NCBI RefSeq assembly: GCF_006345805.1
Contig: NW_021833905.1
Span: 1-52,812 of the forward strand
Direction of reading: 5' to 3'
DNA length: 52,812 bases
From: Octopus sinensis
Lineage: Eukaryota
A model generated the notes under the pieces. The model was given only the letters and a program-made list of their open reading frames with translations, was not told the origin of the DNA and did no database searches. Positions 23,283-35,084 of this stretch are shown in pieces. Position 1 is the stretch's first letter, and each line of letters opens with the position of its first letter. A program made the position numbers and the translations under genes.

Positions 23283-23599
23283 GTGTGTGTTTGTATCATG
23301 TGTGAATTTGTGTCTTTTTTGCATATTCATGTATATTTATGCAAGTATGTGTTTGCGTGTCTCTATGTTTCGTCGGTATCTGTCGACTCGAAACCCGAGT
23401 GACGCAAAAGCTGGTCATTTGGGAATGAAGCCTTCTGCATTTTTTTTTTCTTTTTAGTTTCGATGTCTCCGATAGAACTGTAAATAACGAGTGATTTGAA
23501 ACAAAGTGGAAAACTGTACGACATGATTGTTTACAAGCCTCTCTCTGAGATGGCATAATTGTATAAACAGAGGGAACCTGGGCAAATGGCACCATTAAG

Positions 23600-23705
23600 C
23601 AAGTGACACTTTGGGCAAGTGACTCTTCTACTGTAATCTCGGGCCGATCAAAGCCTTGTGAGTAGATCTGGTTGACAGAAACTGAAAGAAGCCCTTTGTA
23701 TATAG
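23600..23705 (+). mobile_element. SINE family A core fragment
   Basis: TTTGGGCAAGTG…AAAGCCTTGTGAGTAGAT…GAAACTGAAAGAAGCCC. Confidence 0.75.
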
Positions 23706-23737
23706 GGAGAATGCACAAAAAAACAAAAACGAAATGA

Positions 23738-23860
23738 AATCACAAGGCTTTGGTCGAGATGAGGCCATAGCAGAAGGTGCTTACCCAAGGTGTCACAAAG
23801 TAGGACTCAACCCACAAACAAATGGCGGGGAGGCAAGTTTCCTTCCACACACCCACGCCT
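23738..23860 (-). mobile_element. SINE family A 5' fragment, inverted relative to the neighbour
   Basis: CACAAGGCTTTGGTCG…CTTACCCAAGGTG matches family A on the minus strand. Confidence 0.7.
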
Positions 23861-25180
23861 ACACATATAGCCAAGTCTTCCATATATGACCGTCACTTCA
23901 TATACTGTATTTTTCATTGTCTTTCCCTTCCTATACATACGTGATTAGGTTTGAAGATTATATGACTGCTATTTCTAGCAGGGCAGATGGCTGCGTACAG
24001 GTTTCTCTATGTGTGTCAGTCCCTTTAGTCGAGTTATCTGCTCTCTGTACGCTATTTAAAAAGCTTGCAATAATTCAACAGACCCTCTCTTTGACGACGG
24101 CCATGATATATCTGTTGCGTTGTACGTGTTGCTGGATATATAATGAGTTATGATTTATTTATGTGCAAATCATCCTTGGTTCGACTTGAACCTCACTAAC
24201 CTACAGATCTACATCCAATGTTTACTATGAAGCTAATGAATTATAATGGAATTAAAGTCTGGGGAACCAATGTTGAATACGGTTAAACCTGATAAAAATA
24301 ACGAAGTTAAAAGTAACGATAAAGCCTAGACGAAGAGAAACTTTGAAATTCAGTTTCCTCTGCACCTGTTTCCGCTTTTTGAATTCTAAGTAAAAACAAC
24401 AACAACAACAACAGCAACAAAAACTCCATGAACAGCAACAACAATAACAACAACAACACACATGCACAACTAAATTGATATTTAGTTTCCCTCAGACTAC
24501 ATCAATTAACAACAAACCAATACATCAAGATTAGAAAGAGAGCTGTCTGTGCGTCACTCACGTTATTTCAAACTCATAGAGTCGTAACTAATTATATTGG
24601 AACATTAAGGAGAAAACAATATGGTAAATTATATTTCCATTGAAATGAGGAATTATTTGTGAGGAGTAGCGGTTGGAAAGCCAAGAATCATTCATGTCAA
24701 AGCAGTTAGAGTAATTTAAAGTGTATTTTAGCTAAGAAGTTTAAATATAATCAAATAAAGTAATTTATTTCTGAATCGTTGAGACACTACTTCCGCAAAT
24801 GTTATTCATTATAGAATTAAGATTTTGAATTTAAAGATTTTCAATGTTATTTCTGAGTATTTTTATTTATTCTTTTTTGTTTCACCTTTTTGTTTTCATT
24901 TTTTTTTGTGTGTGTTTTTCTGCATTTGCTGTTTTTTTTCTCTCTTTCTACGTCTGTCGAGTTATTTATTATGTACGTCGAGTGAGAACTGCTTCTAAAA
25001 GGATATTTGTTCAACAATCTGTTTAGTACTTATACATTGTTCACATACACATTGCAACATATATGAACACACGATATACACAAGTGTCTAACAGGGCGTA
25101 TACATATGTACGTGTATGTATAAAATTATGTATGTATATACACATATGTATTTATACCAACATACAACTATATGCATATA

Positions 25181-25579
25181 CTCTTTACTCTTTTACTTGT
25201 TTCAGTCATTGGATTGCGGCCATGCTGGAGCACCGCCTTTAATCGAGCAACTCGACCACGGGACTTATTCTTTTGTAAGCCCAGTACTTATTCTATCGTT
25301 TTTTTTGACGAACCGCTAAGCAACGGGGACATAAGCATACCAGCATCGGTTGTCAAGCAATGCTAGGGAACAAACACAGACACACAAACACACACGCGCA
25401 TATATATACATATATACGACGGGCTTCTTTCAGTTTCCGTCTACCAAATCCACTCACAAGGCTTTGGTCGGCCCGAAGCGATAGTAGAAGACACTTGCCC
25501 AAGGTGCTACGCAGTGGGACTGAACCCGGAAGCATGTGGTTGGTAGACAAGCTACTTACCACACAGCCACTCCTGCGCC
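25181..25579 (-). mobile_element. SINE family A, full length, young
   Basis: Closely matches the 20527-20925 copy. Confidence 0.95.
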
Positions 25580-25682
25580 TATTTCAAACTCCTCCGCCTA
25601 TTTCAAATATATATATATATACATGCTTATATATGGCGTAATATATATTGCATTATATGGTATCGTTTTTATGTTTTATATT

Positions 25683-25940
25683 TTAACTGTTTCAGTTATT
25701 AAACTGTGGTCATGCTGGAGCACCACCATGAATATATTAATGTCGAAGGAGTAGACCCCAGTACATTTTAAACTGGGTGCTTATTCTATCGATCTATTCA
25801 TTTGTTCGAAGCGCTAAGTTATGATGAGGGGTGGAAATACAAACACAAACATACGCATAGACATATACACATATACAATGTAATATATATATATATATTC
25901 ATATATCTCTATATACATATATACCTATTTACGACGATAT
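25683..25940 (-). mobile_element. SINE family A, diverged 3' part
   Basis: Tail TGTGGTCATGCTGGAGCACCACC and CTTATTCTATCG. Confidence 0.7.
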
Positions 25941-26042
25941 GCTTGTATGTGTGTGTGTATATACATGTATATATATATATATATATACATACACATATAT
26001 ACGTATCTATATATCAATCTATCTACACACACATATGTATGT

Positions 26043-26232
26043 ATTCTTTTATTTTTGTACTTGCTTCAGTCATTTGACTGTGGCCATGCTGGAGTACCGC
26101 CTTTAGTCGAGCAGATCGACCCCAGGACTTATTCTGTCGGTTTCTTTAGCCGAACCGCTAAGTTACGGGGACGTAAACACACCAGCATCGGGTGTCAGGC
26201 GATAGTGGGGGAACAAACACAGACACACATAG
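26043..26232 (-). mobile_element. SINE family A, 3' half
   Basis: Tail and second module present; same deletion as the 22680 copy. Confidence 0.85.
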
Positions 26233-26549
26233 ATATACACATATACATACATGTAGAGCAAAAGAGTACTTTGGTGATCACGAAAGTCAAATTAACAAAT
26301 GAAATACGAGTGAAAGAAGAGACTATGCGATCTGTAGAGGAAAATCTGAAAGAATGCTCGGAGATTCTTAGACATACATGCATCTCAGCAAAGTCTGTAG
26401 AGAAGAGTGCAGCTGAAACGTAGGTTGCCTGAGATGAAAGGATGCTGTAGGTTTATAAATATTGTGGGAATCAGGGCTATATTACGGCCATACTATAACC
26501 CAGATTCCCACAATATATACACACCCATAAATGTATATATCTACAGAGA

Positions 26550-26552
26550 GAG

Positions 26553-26635
<83 letters not shown>

Positions 26636-26830
26636 ATCTCTCTCTCTATCTATATATCTATCTATCTATCTATTTCTATACAGAGATATTCCTACGTATA
26701 TATAATGATGCGTGTGAGTGTGTATATATATATATGTATTTATACATATGTGTGTGTGTTTATGTTTGTGTGTGTGTGTGTGTGTGTGCGTGTCTGTCTG
26801 TCTGTCTGTATGTATGTATGTGCATGCATA
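26550..26830. repeat. (TATC)n-(TA)n-(TG)n-(TGTC)n compound microsatellite
   Basis: Direct inspection. Confidence 0.95.
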
Positions 26831-27883
26831 ATGTTCTCCTATCGACAAAGTACTTTCGATGTTGTCGTGTGTTGGGTTCAGCCTTAATCCTCGAAGACTT
26901 CCTCTGTGGATTCGTATTATTAAGAACAACGATTCCCAATGTTCTCCAGGGATATATGCCTGTAGATGATATGTACTACCATATTCAATTACATCATATA
27001 ACCGAAATCAGCCGTCATAGCCTGACAGTGTAAATCCGACAAAAAAAAGAAAAAAAATGAAATACATCATATTTAAAATTATTTATTGCACATAATATTT
27101 GCGCCATTGAGTGTTAAATATCTTGATCACTGAGAAGGAGCAGTATTTATGATGGCATACTTAGCAACACAGTTGTATAATCAATTACATGTATTTATGT
27201 GGGCGCTCGTAAACACGCACGTAATCTAGTGCGCATACACAATTACACACTTCTACATACATGAATATATGTTTCTTGTTTTATATGACTGTGTCTTTTT
27301 CTCAACGGAAAGGAAAGTAAACCGAAAGAACAAAGTGAAAAGTAATTTATTGCTTTTCCTATAATTTATGCAGACTTGCCTTATTTGGAAATATTTCCTC
27401 TACTGCTGCCTCCTACATTGCTGCCCGCATTTTGTTGGTATTGAATGATTTGCGGAACATGCTTAAGAGTTGTAGTGAATTTTGTTCAATTTCTTCCATC
27501 GTATGAAATCGTCGAGAAGAGAAAATGTTTGCCGGGGCCACATCTGAAGAGCAGAAGTAACGGAGAACAGACATTGTTTCCTACGTTGCTATCAAATGTC
27601 TCAGGTAACCATGACGATGGAACAGCTACGATATCGTTATGCAGCACATAGGTTTTGTTTGTCCATTTTTAGCCATGTTTCTATACCCTTTCTATCTCTC
27701 TCCTCCACCCCCATCTTACAATCATGTACAATAATTTCACGGTTGTCTGACCTCAATGAATAATGCCTTTTCAGCCCTGATCAAAAGCCATTTTAACATG
27801 TTATATTTATTCATTTAATTGTGTCCCTGCACACATGATGTAACCGATTACGTCCACTGTTTTTTTTTTGCCATGAAATCCTA

Positions 27884-27933
27884 GACGCACACACATGTTT
27901 CGTAACTTGTTAAATAAGATACTTTCAGCGTTC
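27884..27933 (-). ncRNA. Degenerate type I hammerhead-like motif
   Basis: Minus strand GAACG-CTGAAA-GTATCTT(ATTTAAC)AAGTTAC-GAAAC-AT-GTG-TGTGCGTC: core one nucleotide short, 6 of 7 stem II pairs, palindromic stem III ACATGT. Confidence 0.4.
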
Positions 27934-28129
27934 AAACAACGAAGCAGCTCCTAACCATGTCTAAATCGTCTTTCTTATGTCTTCACGAATTTTGCATCAA
28001 TAACATGCATCAGCATGGTGAAAATGACATTCACAGATAGGTACTATATTGGAAATGTTGCGAAAACGTAGAAGACAATTTTCAATTTATACACAACACA
28101 TTATGTAGGGATCTAATGTTCCCTTCTTA

Positions 28130-28770
28130 TAGGCCACAAGCCCTAAATTCCTTCGAGGTGTTCCAAAATGCGGTGTCTTTGTCAGAGACATCGTATAACT
28201 CTACGCGACCGAATCTCAAATGACATCCGAGAAAAATGCTAGGATCTGCAGCCGACTTATGAAGACCAAATACGTATTTCTTTACTATCCACAAGGGGCT
28301 ACGCACAGAGAGGACAAACAAGGACAGACAAACGGATTAAGTCGATTATATCGACCCCAGTGCGTAACTGGTACTTAATTTATCGATCTCGAAAGGATGA
28401 AAGGCAAAGTCGACCTCGGCGCAATTTGAAGTCAGAACGTAACGGCAGACGAAATACGGCTACGCATTTCGCCCGACGTGCTAACGTTTCTGCCAGCTCG
28501 CCGCCTTCCAGAAAACCAAATACGGCAGAGCAGTCTACAGTGGTATGGCACCGAAAGATTGACAGACCAACTTTTTTGGCGGCAGCGACCCACACATTGG
28601 GGAGTCCAGCACAGCGCACAAAAGAAAATATGAACAAAACAAATTGAACTCTACCTGAAGTCGCAGACCCTCAAACTCAAAAATGCTTAGACCAGCGTCA
28701 TGGATTGGAAAGCGTGGAATAACATTATCACAAGGAAGAGCCATCCAGCTAGGGATTAAAGAAAAATCAG
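28130..28770 (+). mobile_element. RTE-clade LINE 3' fragment interrupted by a family B SINE
   Basis: With frameshifts: MRCLCQRHRITLRDRISNDIREKC … QSSLQWYG … QIELYLKSQTLKLKNA*TSVMDWKAWNNII, matching RTE C-terminal motifs (MRCLRRI, RLQWYGH, DRKAWR). Confidence 0.7.
28275..28510 (-). mobile_element. SINE family B, full length with TSD
   Basis: TSD GAA(G/A)ACCAAATACG at 28261-28274 and 28511-28524. Confidence 0.95.
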
Positions 28771-29264
28771 ATTATGAACAGAGATAATATTGGCAATGGA
28801 TTCGGTGTTATTTATATTAATCCTATTATTTATGTTATCTAATTTATTTAATGAGTTTGCAGCTAATTTACTTGGTTAGTGACAATGTCCAGTTCGAGAT
28901 GAAAATAGTCACTTGTTATTGATAGTCAGACTTTCCTCATCAAATCACAAGCGCTTATGCTACCAATTTCGTTTTCTCTCTTTTTAATATTGCCATTCGA
29001 ATAATTTCATGTTTGTCCGTTAACACTGAGACAGCAGCAACATTCTATTTGGTAAAAGTTATCCATATAAATATTTGAATTACTTCGGTGATATTCTAAT
29101 TTCAAAATCGCAAATTCCGAAATGACATTTCATTTTCTCGTCTGCAGATACTTCGTCTCAATCAGATAAGAAGGGCGCTAATATTTGTATTTTAATCATT
29201 TCTTCTAGGAATGTCATGATCAACACCATCAAAAATTTTTTTTTACATATTGTACACAATCCTT

Positions 29265-29474
29265 CCTTCTGTACGCACAAGGCTTGGATTTTTGTGGGGA
29301 GGAGGACAATCGTTCGCATCGACCCCAGTACTTGACTGGTACTTAATTTATCGATCTCGAAAGGATGAACGGCAAGTCGACCTCGTTGGAATTTGAACTC
29401 AGAACGTAGCAACAGACGAAATACTGCCAAGCATTTCGCCCGGCGTGCTAACGATTCTGCCAACTCACTGCCTT
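29265..29474 (-). mobile_element. SINE family B (short-tail variant)
   Basis: Head, B-box and core match family B; tail resembles those of 55-269 and the 35085 unit. Confidence 0.88.
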
Positions 29475-29692
29475 GTGGCTACGAAATACTGTTTTATACA
29501 TTATTTTAGAAATTCTCAAGGACACAGAGACAGAGTAAGTTCGAAATACATAAAGATTTATAACGGGGAGGCAGAAAAATTCTTGGCTTTAAGTGTATGA
29601 GTAGAGGCTTGGTTGGAGGTCCAAACTTCCGAGTTATCTTTACAGAGCTTATGAAACGTTAAGTACCGATGCAATTGGTGAATCTTAAAGCC

Positions 29693-29746
<54 letters not shown>

Positions 29747-29989
29747 AGATATTCAATAGCATAATGTTTCTAGAAGCGTCTAATGTGTATCGTATTGTAC
29801 AGACAAAGAAGTAATATTTGCTGGTCTCGGTGCTAGAGATGGCAGGGATTCATGTCATCGCTGGCGATATAGACAAGCGTGTATTTTGCACCAAAAGCCT
29901 ATATACGAGATTTTCTCTCATCGTATCTATCGCATAATAGTTTGTTTTGGCAGAACATCCAGGTTTCAGTGGGAAAAATAGGAATAAAT

Positions 29990-30440
29990 TTAACCTCCCG
30001 ATACTTATACTGACTCCATCGCTAATATATAGTATTAGCACATGGAAGACTAAAATATTGTGTAGGAAAAGAGGAGGAGGCAGGATTATATCTCCATGTA
30101 GGAAGCAGGCTTGTGAATATGGTAAACCGGGGAAAAAGGAGAGAATGCAAAATAGGAAGGAGAGAGTGTTTATATTTGTGAAGTTTAATAAAACGCAATA
30201 TATAGCTGGAGAGAGAGCAAGACTGATATATGGGCTTTGAATAATGTTGCGGCAGAGAAAAAGGAGACAAAAGCCGAGGTCATATTTGTAAGGAAGTGTT
30301 TAGCACAAACATTGTTAATACAAATATTGATAGCAGTCAGCAATTTGTGAAACGGTCAATGTTTGACGAGGTAACCGAAAGTGACAACGTTGGAGTGTGT
30401 GAATGCAGCAGATGGCTGGAAGAGAATTAAAAAGGAAAGA
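29990..30440 (+). mobile_element. Possible highly decayed LINE RT fragment
   Basis: Weak motifs (RLIYG; WAL…AEVIFVRKCL; QRW…MQQM) suggest an RTE-like C-terminus; many disruptions. Confidence 0.3.
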
Positions 30441-30570
30441 TGAGTCAACGAGGTGGTCGCTCGGCCAACTAGAAATAGCAGCAATTTTATACCGAAAACT
30501 ATGGTTTTAAATTGAATAATCCTCAAGATGCGGAGTGATCACGGCTGGATTGTCTTGAATCATATTGAAG

Positions 30571-30601
<31 letters not shown>

Positions 30602-31120
30602 AGTGCATGCGCGCGTGCGTGCGTGCGTGCGTGTTTGTGTGTATTTCTGTCTATGTATATCTCATTAGCGCTTGACAACCAGTGCTAGCGGTTTAGCAAT
30701 TGAGTCCGATAAAACAAATACCAGGTTTAGGGTAACGAGTACTAGGTTCGATTCGTCCGGACAAAACATCTTCATGCCAGTGCCACAGCTGACCAATCTT
30801 TCAAACTTATATTTCAAGAAGGACTAACGTTGGTTGTCATGGTAGCAGTGAAACGTCAACGTTATCACAACGACTCAATCAGAGTCACCTCTCGTAGCGT
30901 TAAAATTAAATGCATTGTCTTCTAGCGGAATGGAGGCCGTTATCTTCACAGCTATTGAAGCGCTCCTCACGACCGCAGGTTCGTGAGATGGTTGTGATCT
31001 GTAAGCTATGTTGAATAGTAACCCGGATGAAAAGTATGAACATACAATGCGCATGTGCACAGTGAATTCGGAAAACTGAAGAGAAGATATAAGAAAAATC
31101 GGTGAGAAGAATAACACAAG

Positions 31121-31345
31121 TTATATGACGATCTGCATGCCACGTCTGACACCAATATCACGCAACTTTGCTGGGATTTTCTTATCATTCCTCCTCAACC
31201 GGATCCAGCGCAGACATATCTCCGCTATCTCTGATATTACCTTAAGGGTTTTGGCTCCGTTCTTCCCAGTGAGTAGGAGCTGTTTCCTGAGATCGTAAGC
31301 ACAGTTGACTGCAAAACCTCTGGCCCGAATAAATAATTTGAATCT
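31121..31345 (-). mobile_element. HERO-like (restriction-like endonuclease) non-LTR retrotransposon C-terminal fragment
   Basis: Minus strand ARGFAVNCAYDLRKQLLLTGKNGAKTLKVISEIAEICLRWIRLRRN fits the (EVG)xRGF…AExxSxWxWxxR terminus of HERO-type RLE domains. Confidence 0.6.
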
Positions 31346-31612
31346 TGTACAAATACTGTATTACAGAGCATGGGGCATATCCAATACACCTAACCTAAAA
31401 ATCTCAAACGTGTATTTGGTGTTATACTGACATTTTGAAATGATATTGAGGCACTGAAGCAGTAACAGAAAGGTATCAATTCTGCGTAAAAATTCATTCC
31501 CTCTATCAATAACAACACAATGAGTCAATAATGAAACACTAGGTGACAACTAAAAAATGCTAGAAATAGCAGAATAACCAACCATAGATCGAAACGCCTA
31601 TGAAACATTAAA

Positions 31613-31992
31613 TATATATATATATAAAGCTGAATTTGTCTGTGTGGCGGGTTTGGTAGCCTTCAACTAACACTATCTCCTCCGAGACCATGAGGCGCAA
31701 GTTGACCAAAAATTGAGAGTATAATAGAAGAAGGCTTGCTCTTCATTCTGTAGAAGAAAAATTCAAATCGGACCATGTTAACACAAAAAATTATTTACAT
31801 CAAAAAGGTGCTTTTTTTCTATGAAAATCCCTATTTTTTACGATTTTTTTGCCGCTGTGTCGCCATTTTTCGGTGTATTTCAACCAAAAAAATATTCACT
31901 TAAAGAGAATAACAAGCTACAATTTTTACTTTTCAGAAATTCCAATTCTAAATGTCGAAACAAACCCGAGCAACGCCGGTCGATACTGCTAG
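31613..31992 (+). mobile_element. Non-autonomous Helitron
   Basis: 5' (TA)nAAAGCTGAATTTGTCTGTGTG; 3' short GC hairpin CCGAGCAACGCCGG followed by CTAG (31989-31992) and then T. Confidence 0.72.
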
Positions 31993-33139
31993 TATATATA
32001 AATATGTATTCGTAGATAAATCTAAAAACATGTGATGGTCATGGGTGGAACGGCTTTAATGATAGGGCTACTCGATCGGATTTGACCTACAGCCATGCAA
32101 CAATAACGTCATCGATGTGACCTAGTTTTCAACGGTGCCTCACTGCAACTAAATCATGTTTGTTAAACCACAAAGTAGTCGACTCTTCACTTGGAATCTA
32201 TTTCATTCTCTTCGCTTAAAGAATGCTGCGTTTCCAGTTATTCCGACAACCAAACCAGAACACCTTATTATATAAACTAAACATAATACTCATAATAATT
32301 CCAACGTGATCATGCCCCAGAGAGTAAACAATAAAAAAACTTATTATCACTCTTTTATTATCAAGATTAAAAAAAAATATGTATGCAATTTCGAATGTTT
32401 TTACGATTACTTTCATAAGATTCACCATGCTTCGTATATAATTGGATTTTCCTACCAATAAATGCGATTGGTTTCTGTTAGAACGGTAAACTAATTCCAA
32501 ATATATATTTTCGATACCTGCAGTTTATGTCATCTGTGCCTAGGGAATTCTGTTAACATATTAATCCCACACATAATGCTATGTTCATTCCATGTCTGCG
32601 TGTTATGAAAATACGGTACTAGCAAGTACTAAACATTAGATTTAATCTATATTGATGGCGGTTATTTCGTTCTCTAGCTTCCTACTTCTTCTACATCCTT
32701 ACCTATATTTATTGTTGCTGTTGTTGTTTTAATATTATTTTTATTTTTTTCTTTCCATTTCATTTTCTTTACTTTATTATCGACAACAAGTCGTAAAATT
32801 CTTTGAAATAAATTACAAAAGACCCGATGAAAACTGGACATAATTTATTGTTTTCTAAAATATGTTTTATATGAGGTGGTTGTCAAGCAGTGTTATTGGT
32901 ATTATTGGAAATTAGATGACATAATGGGGATATTAGAAAGTGATTAATGCGTCTCTTTTGGCTGAGATGACAGCCTTTATTGAAATGAATGTAACAATAA
33001 ATTGAACCACCGAAGTCATTAATTTATTTTCCCTTTAGACAATATTGATATTTTAATCATCGTTTAAGGATATATGAACACTATTTCTAATTCCCTCTTA
33101 TCGGCCATCTTTGATAAGTTCGGCTTTTTTTTTATTATT

Positions 33140-33460
33140 TATATTAATAATATACATACATATATACATACGATTATAACAAACACATTCATTATAAAAA
33201 TATATATACAACCACATACATAAACATGTATATGTATATATATATATATATATACATCAAATGTATATATAAATATATATAAATGCACATATAAACACAC
33301 GCACACACATATATATAAACACATAGATATATATATATACATATATGTACACACATATATATATATATATGTACACACACATATATATATATACATCATA
33401 TATACACATACACATAAATACATACATATATGGATGTATATATGTATATGTATATATATA

Positions 33461-33509
<49 letters not shown>

Positions 33510-33520
33510 TATATATATAC
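33140..33520. repeat. (TA)n/(CA)n/(TACA)n low-complexity block
   Basis: Direct inspection. Confidence 0.9.
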
Positions 33521-34080
33521 ATTGTGGTGTGTAAATGTATGAATACATCTTTTTTCAATTACTATTAATACTGATGTGCCACCGAAGACTATGTGTTCGA
33601 CTACGATTGTGCTATGTATCTGACATAAAGACTATTAATTTTCTTATTTAACTTTTGAGTTATTCCGCATGGATTACAACTAACGATGTTTTTCATGTCA
33701 TCATGTTATAATGTTGTTTCTGAAACAGATATAAATATTTATGCTCACGTCAATATATCGCGTGCTCTCTGCCAGGTACGTCGTGTTCGTGTGTCCGTCC
33801 ACTGCTTTGTAAAGCCTGAATTCTACGATGAGAAGAACACGCGATCGAGTCATTGAGAATGCTTGTCCTTTCACATGCTCGTTGGAATTTATACAAGTAA
33901 AGGCAGAAATCAAAGTGTGTATAAAATTACACAAATATACCTCACCTCGAATTTTCATCTGCTCTCGGTGAATTCCGGTGTTTTCAAAAATTGCAAGAAC
34001 GCTGACTTTTCATTAGCAACTGTGACTTTAAAATATTTACCATGTTGCAATAAATTCGACATCCAACATCCACGCCTTCA

Positions 34081-34480
34081 TCATTGTTGAAGGAGGAGCC
34101 CTTTCTTGGTCTCCTTCTACCGCTGTCTATCTCTGGACAGTCGTGGTCATGTAGGTCCTGGATATCAGACGCGATCACGTCACCATTTTGACCTTAGTCG
34201 CCCTCTTAATCTTGCCGATTGTCTTGGTGTCCGTTCTGTAATCCTGATCATACATTTGTTGCCTTTCCATAGCGCGGCGCGACCGGCTGATCTATACTTG
34301 TTCTTCTCGACGGTTCTTATGATGTCGTAGACCCTTGCGAAGAGCCGAATCCAGGCGTTGGTTTTCTTTACTTTGAGAATGCATTCGACTCCATAGAATT
34401 CTCACCGCTTCTTATTGCACGGAAGAACCTTGGAGCTGGACCCCACCTATGTTGCAATTCTGAAAGATCTGATCTTTAGA
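34081..34480 (-). mobile_element. RTE-clade LINE ORF2 C-terminal fragment
   Basis: Minus strand KTNAWIRLFARVYDIIRTVEKNKYRSAGRAA…RITERTPRQSARLRGRLRSKW*RD and SRDRQR*KETKKGLLLQQ* align with the RTE consensus N.WIR…DII…KWRWAGH…EW.PR…RGRP..RW.D…DR..W. Confidence 0.75.
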
Positions 34481-34739
34481 GCGGTGCAAGACTGACACTC
34501 CAGCTGGACTAAAATAGCGATATGGTCAAGGTGTAGAGAGGAGCAAGGCAAAGAGTGAATATGTCACCACAGTTGTCAAAATAAATGCTATGTTTATATA
34601 AGGTGTCTGTCCATATATGTGTCTATAAATATACACAAAAATAAGCGGAGACGCAGCGATATATAGATAGATGGTTTGATAGGAAAACATAGACAGGCAG
34701 ATGAAGAGTGAGAGAGTGACACACAGACAAATAGGCTGA

Positions 34740-34777
34740 TTAATAGATAGATAGATAGATGGATAGATGGATAGATG

Positions 34778-34823
<46 letters not shown>

Positions 34824-35032
34824 GAAAGAGACAGAGAGAGATTAAGTGACAGATATATACATTCACAGGGAGACACACAGTTAGATACTTTGATAGATAG
34901 ATAGATAGAAGAATATATAGATAAATTCATGCTGATAGATAAATAGAATGAGGGGTAGATAAGAAAATAGAGATATTGCGAGAGATAGACATGTTGTTGT
35001 ATATAGATAGGCCGAGTGAATGATAGACAGAC

Positions 35033-35072
<40 letters not shown>
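34740..35072. repeat. (TAGA)n-rich compound microsatellite
   Basis: Direct inspection. Confidence 0.9.
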
Positions 35073-35073
<1 letters not shown>

Positions 35074-35084
35074 TGCATATATTC

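Noticed and set aside
26256-26500. Coding-looking stretch (…EENLKECSEIL…; YKYCGNQGYI resembling a zinc knuckle)
   Set aside because: Cys/His ligands are not intact and no retroelement motif could be aligned.
33570-33605. CTGATGTG…CCGAAGAC possible hammerhead
   Set aside because: Two core mismatches, a 1-bp stem II and a G at the cleavage position.
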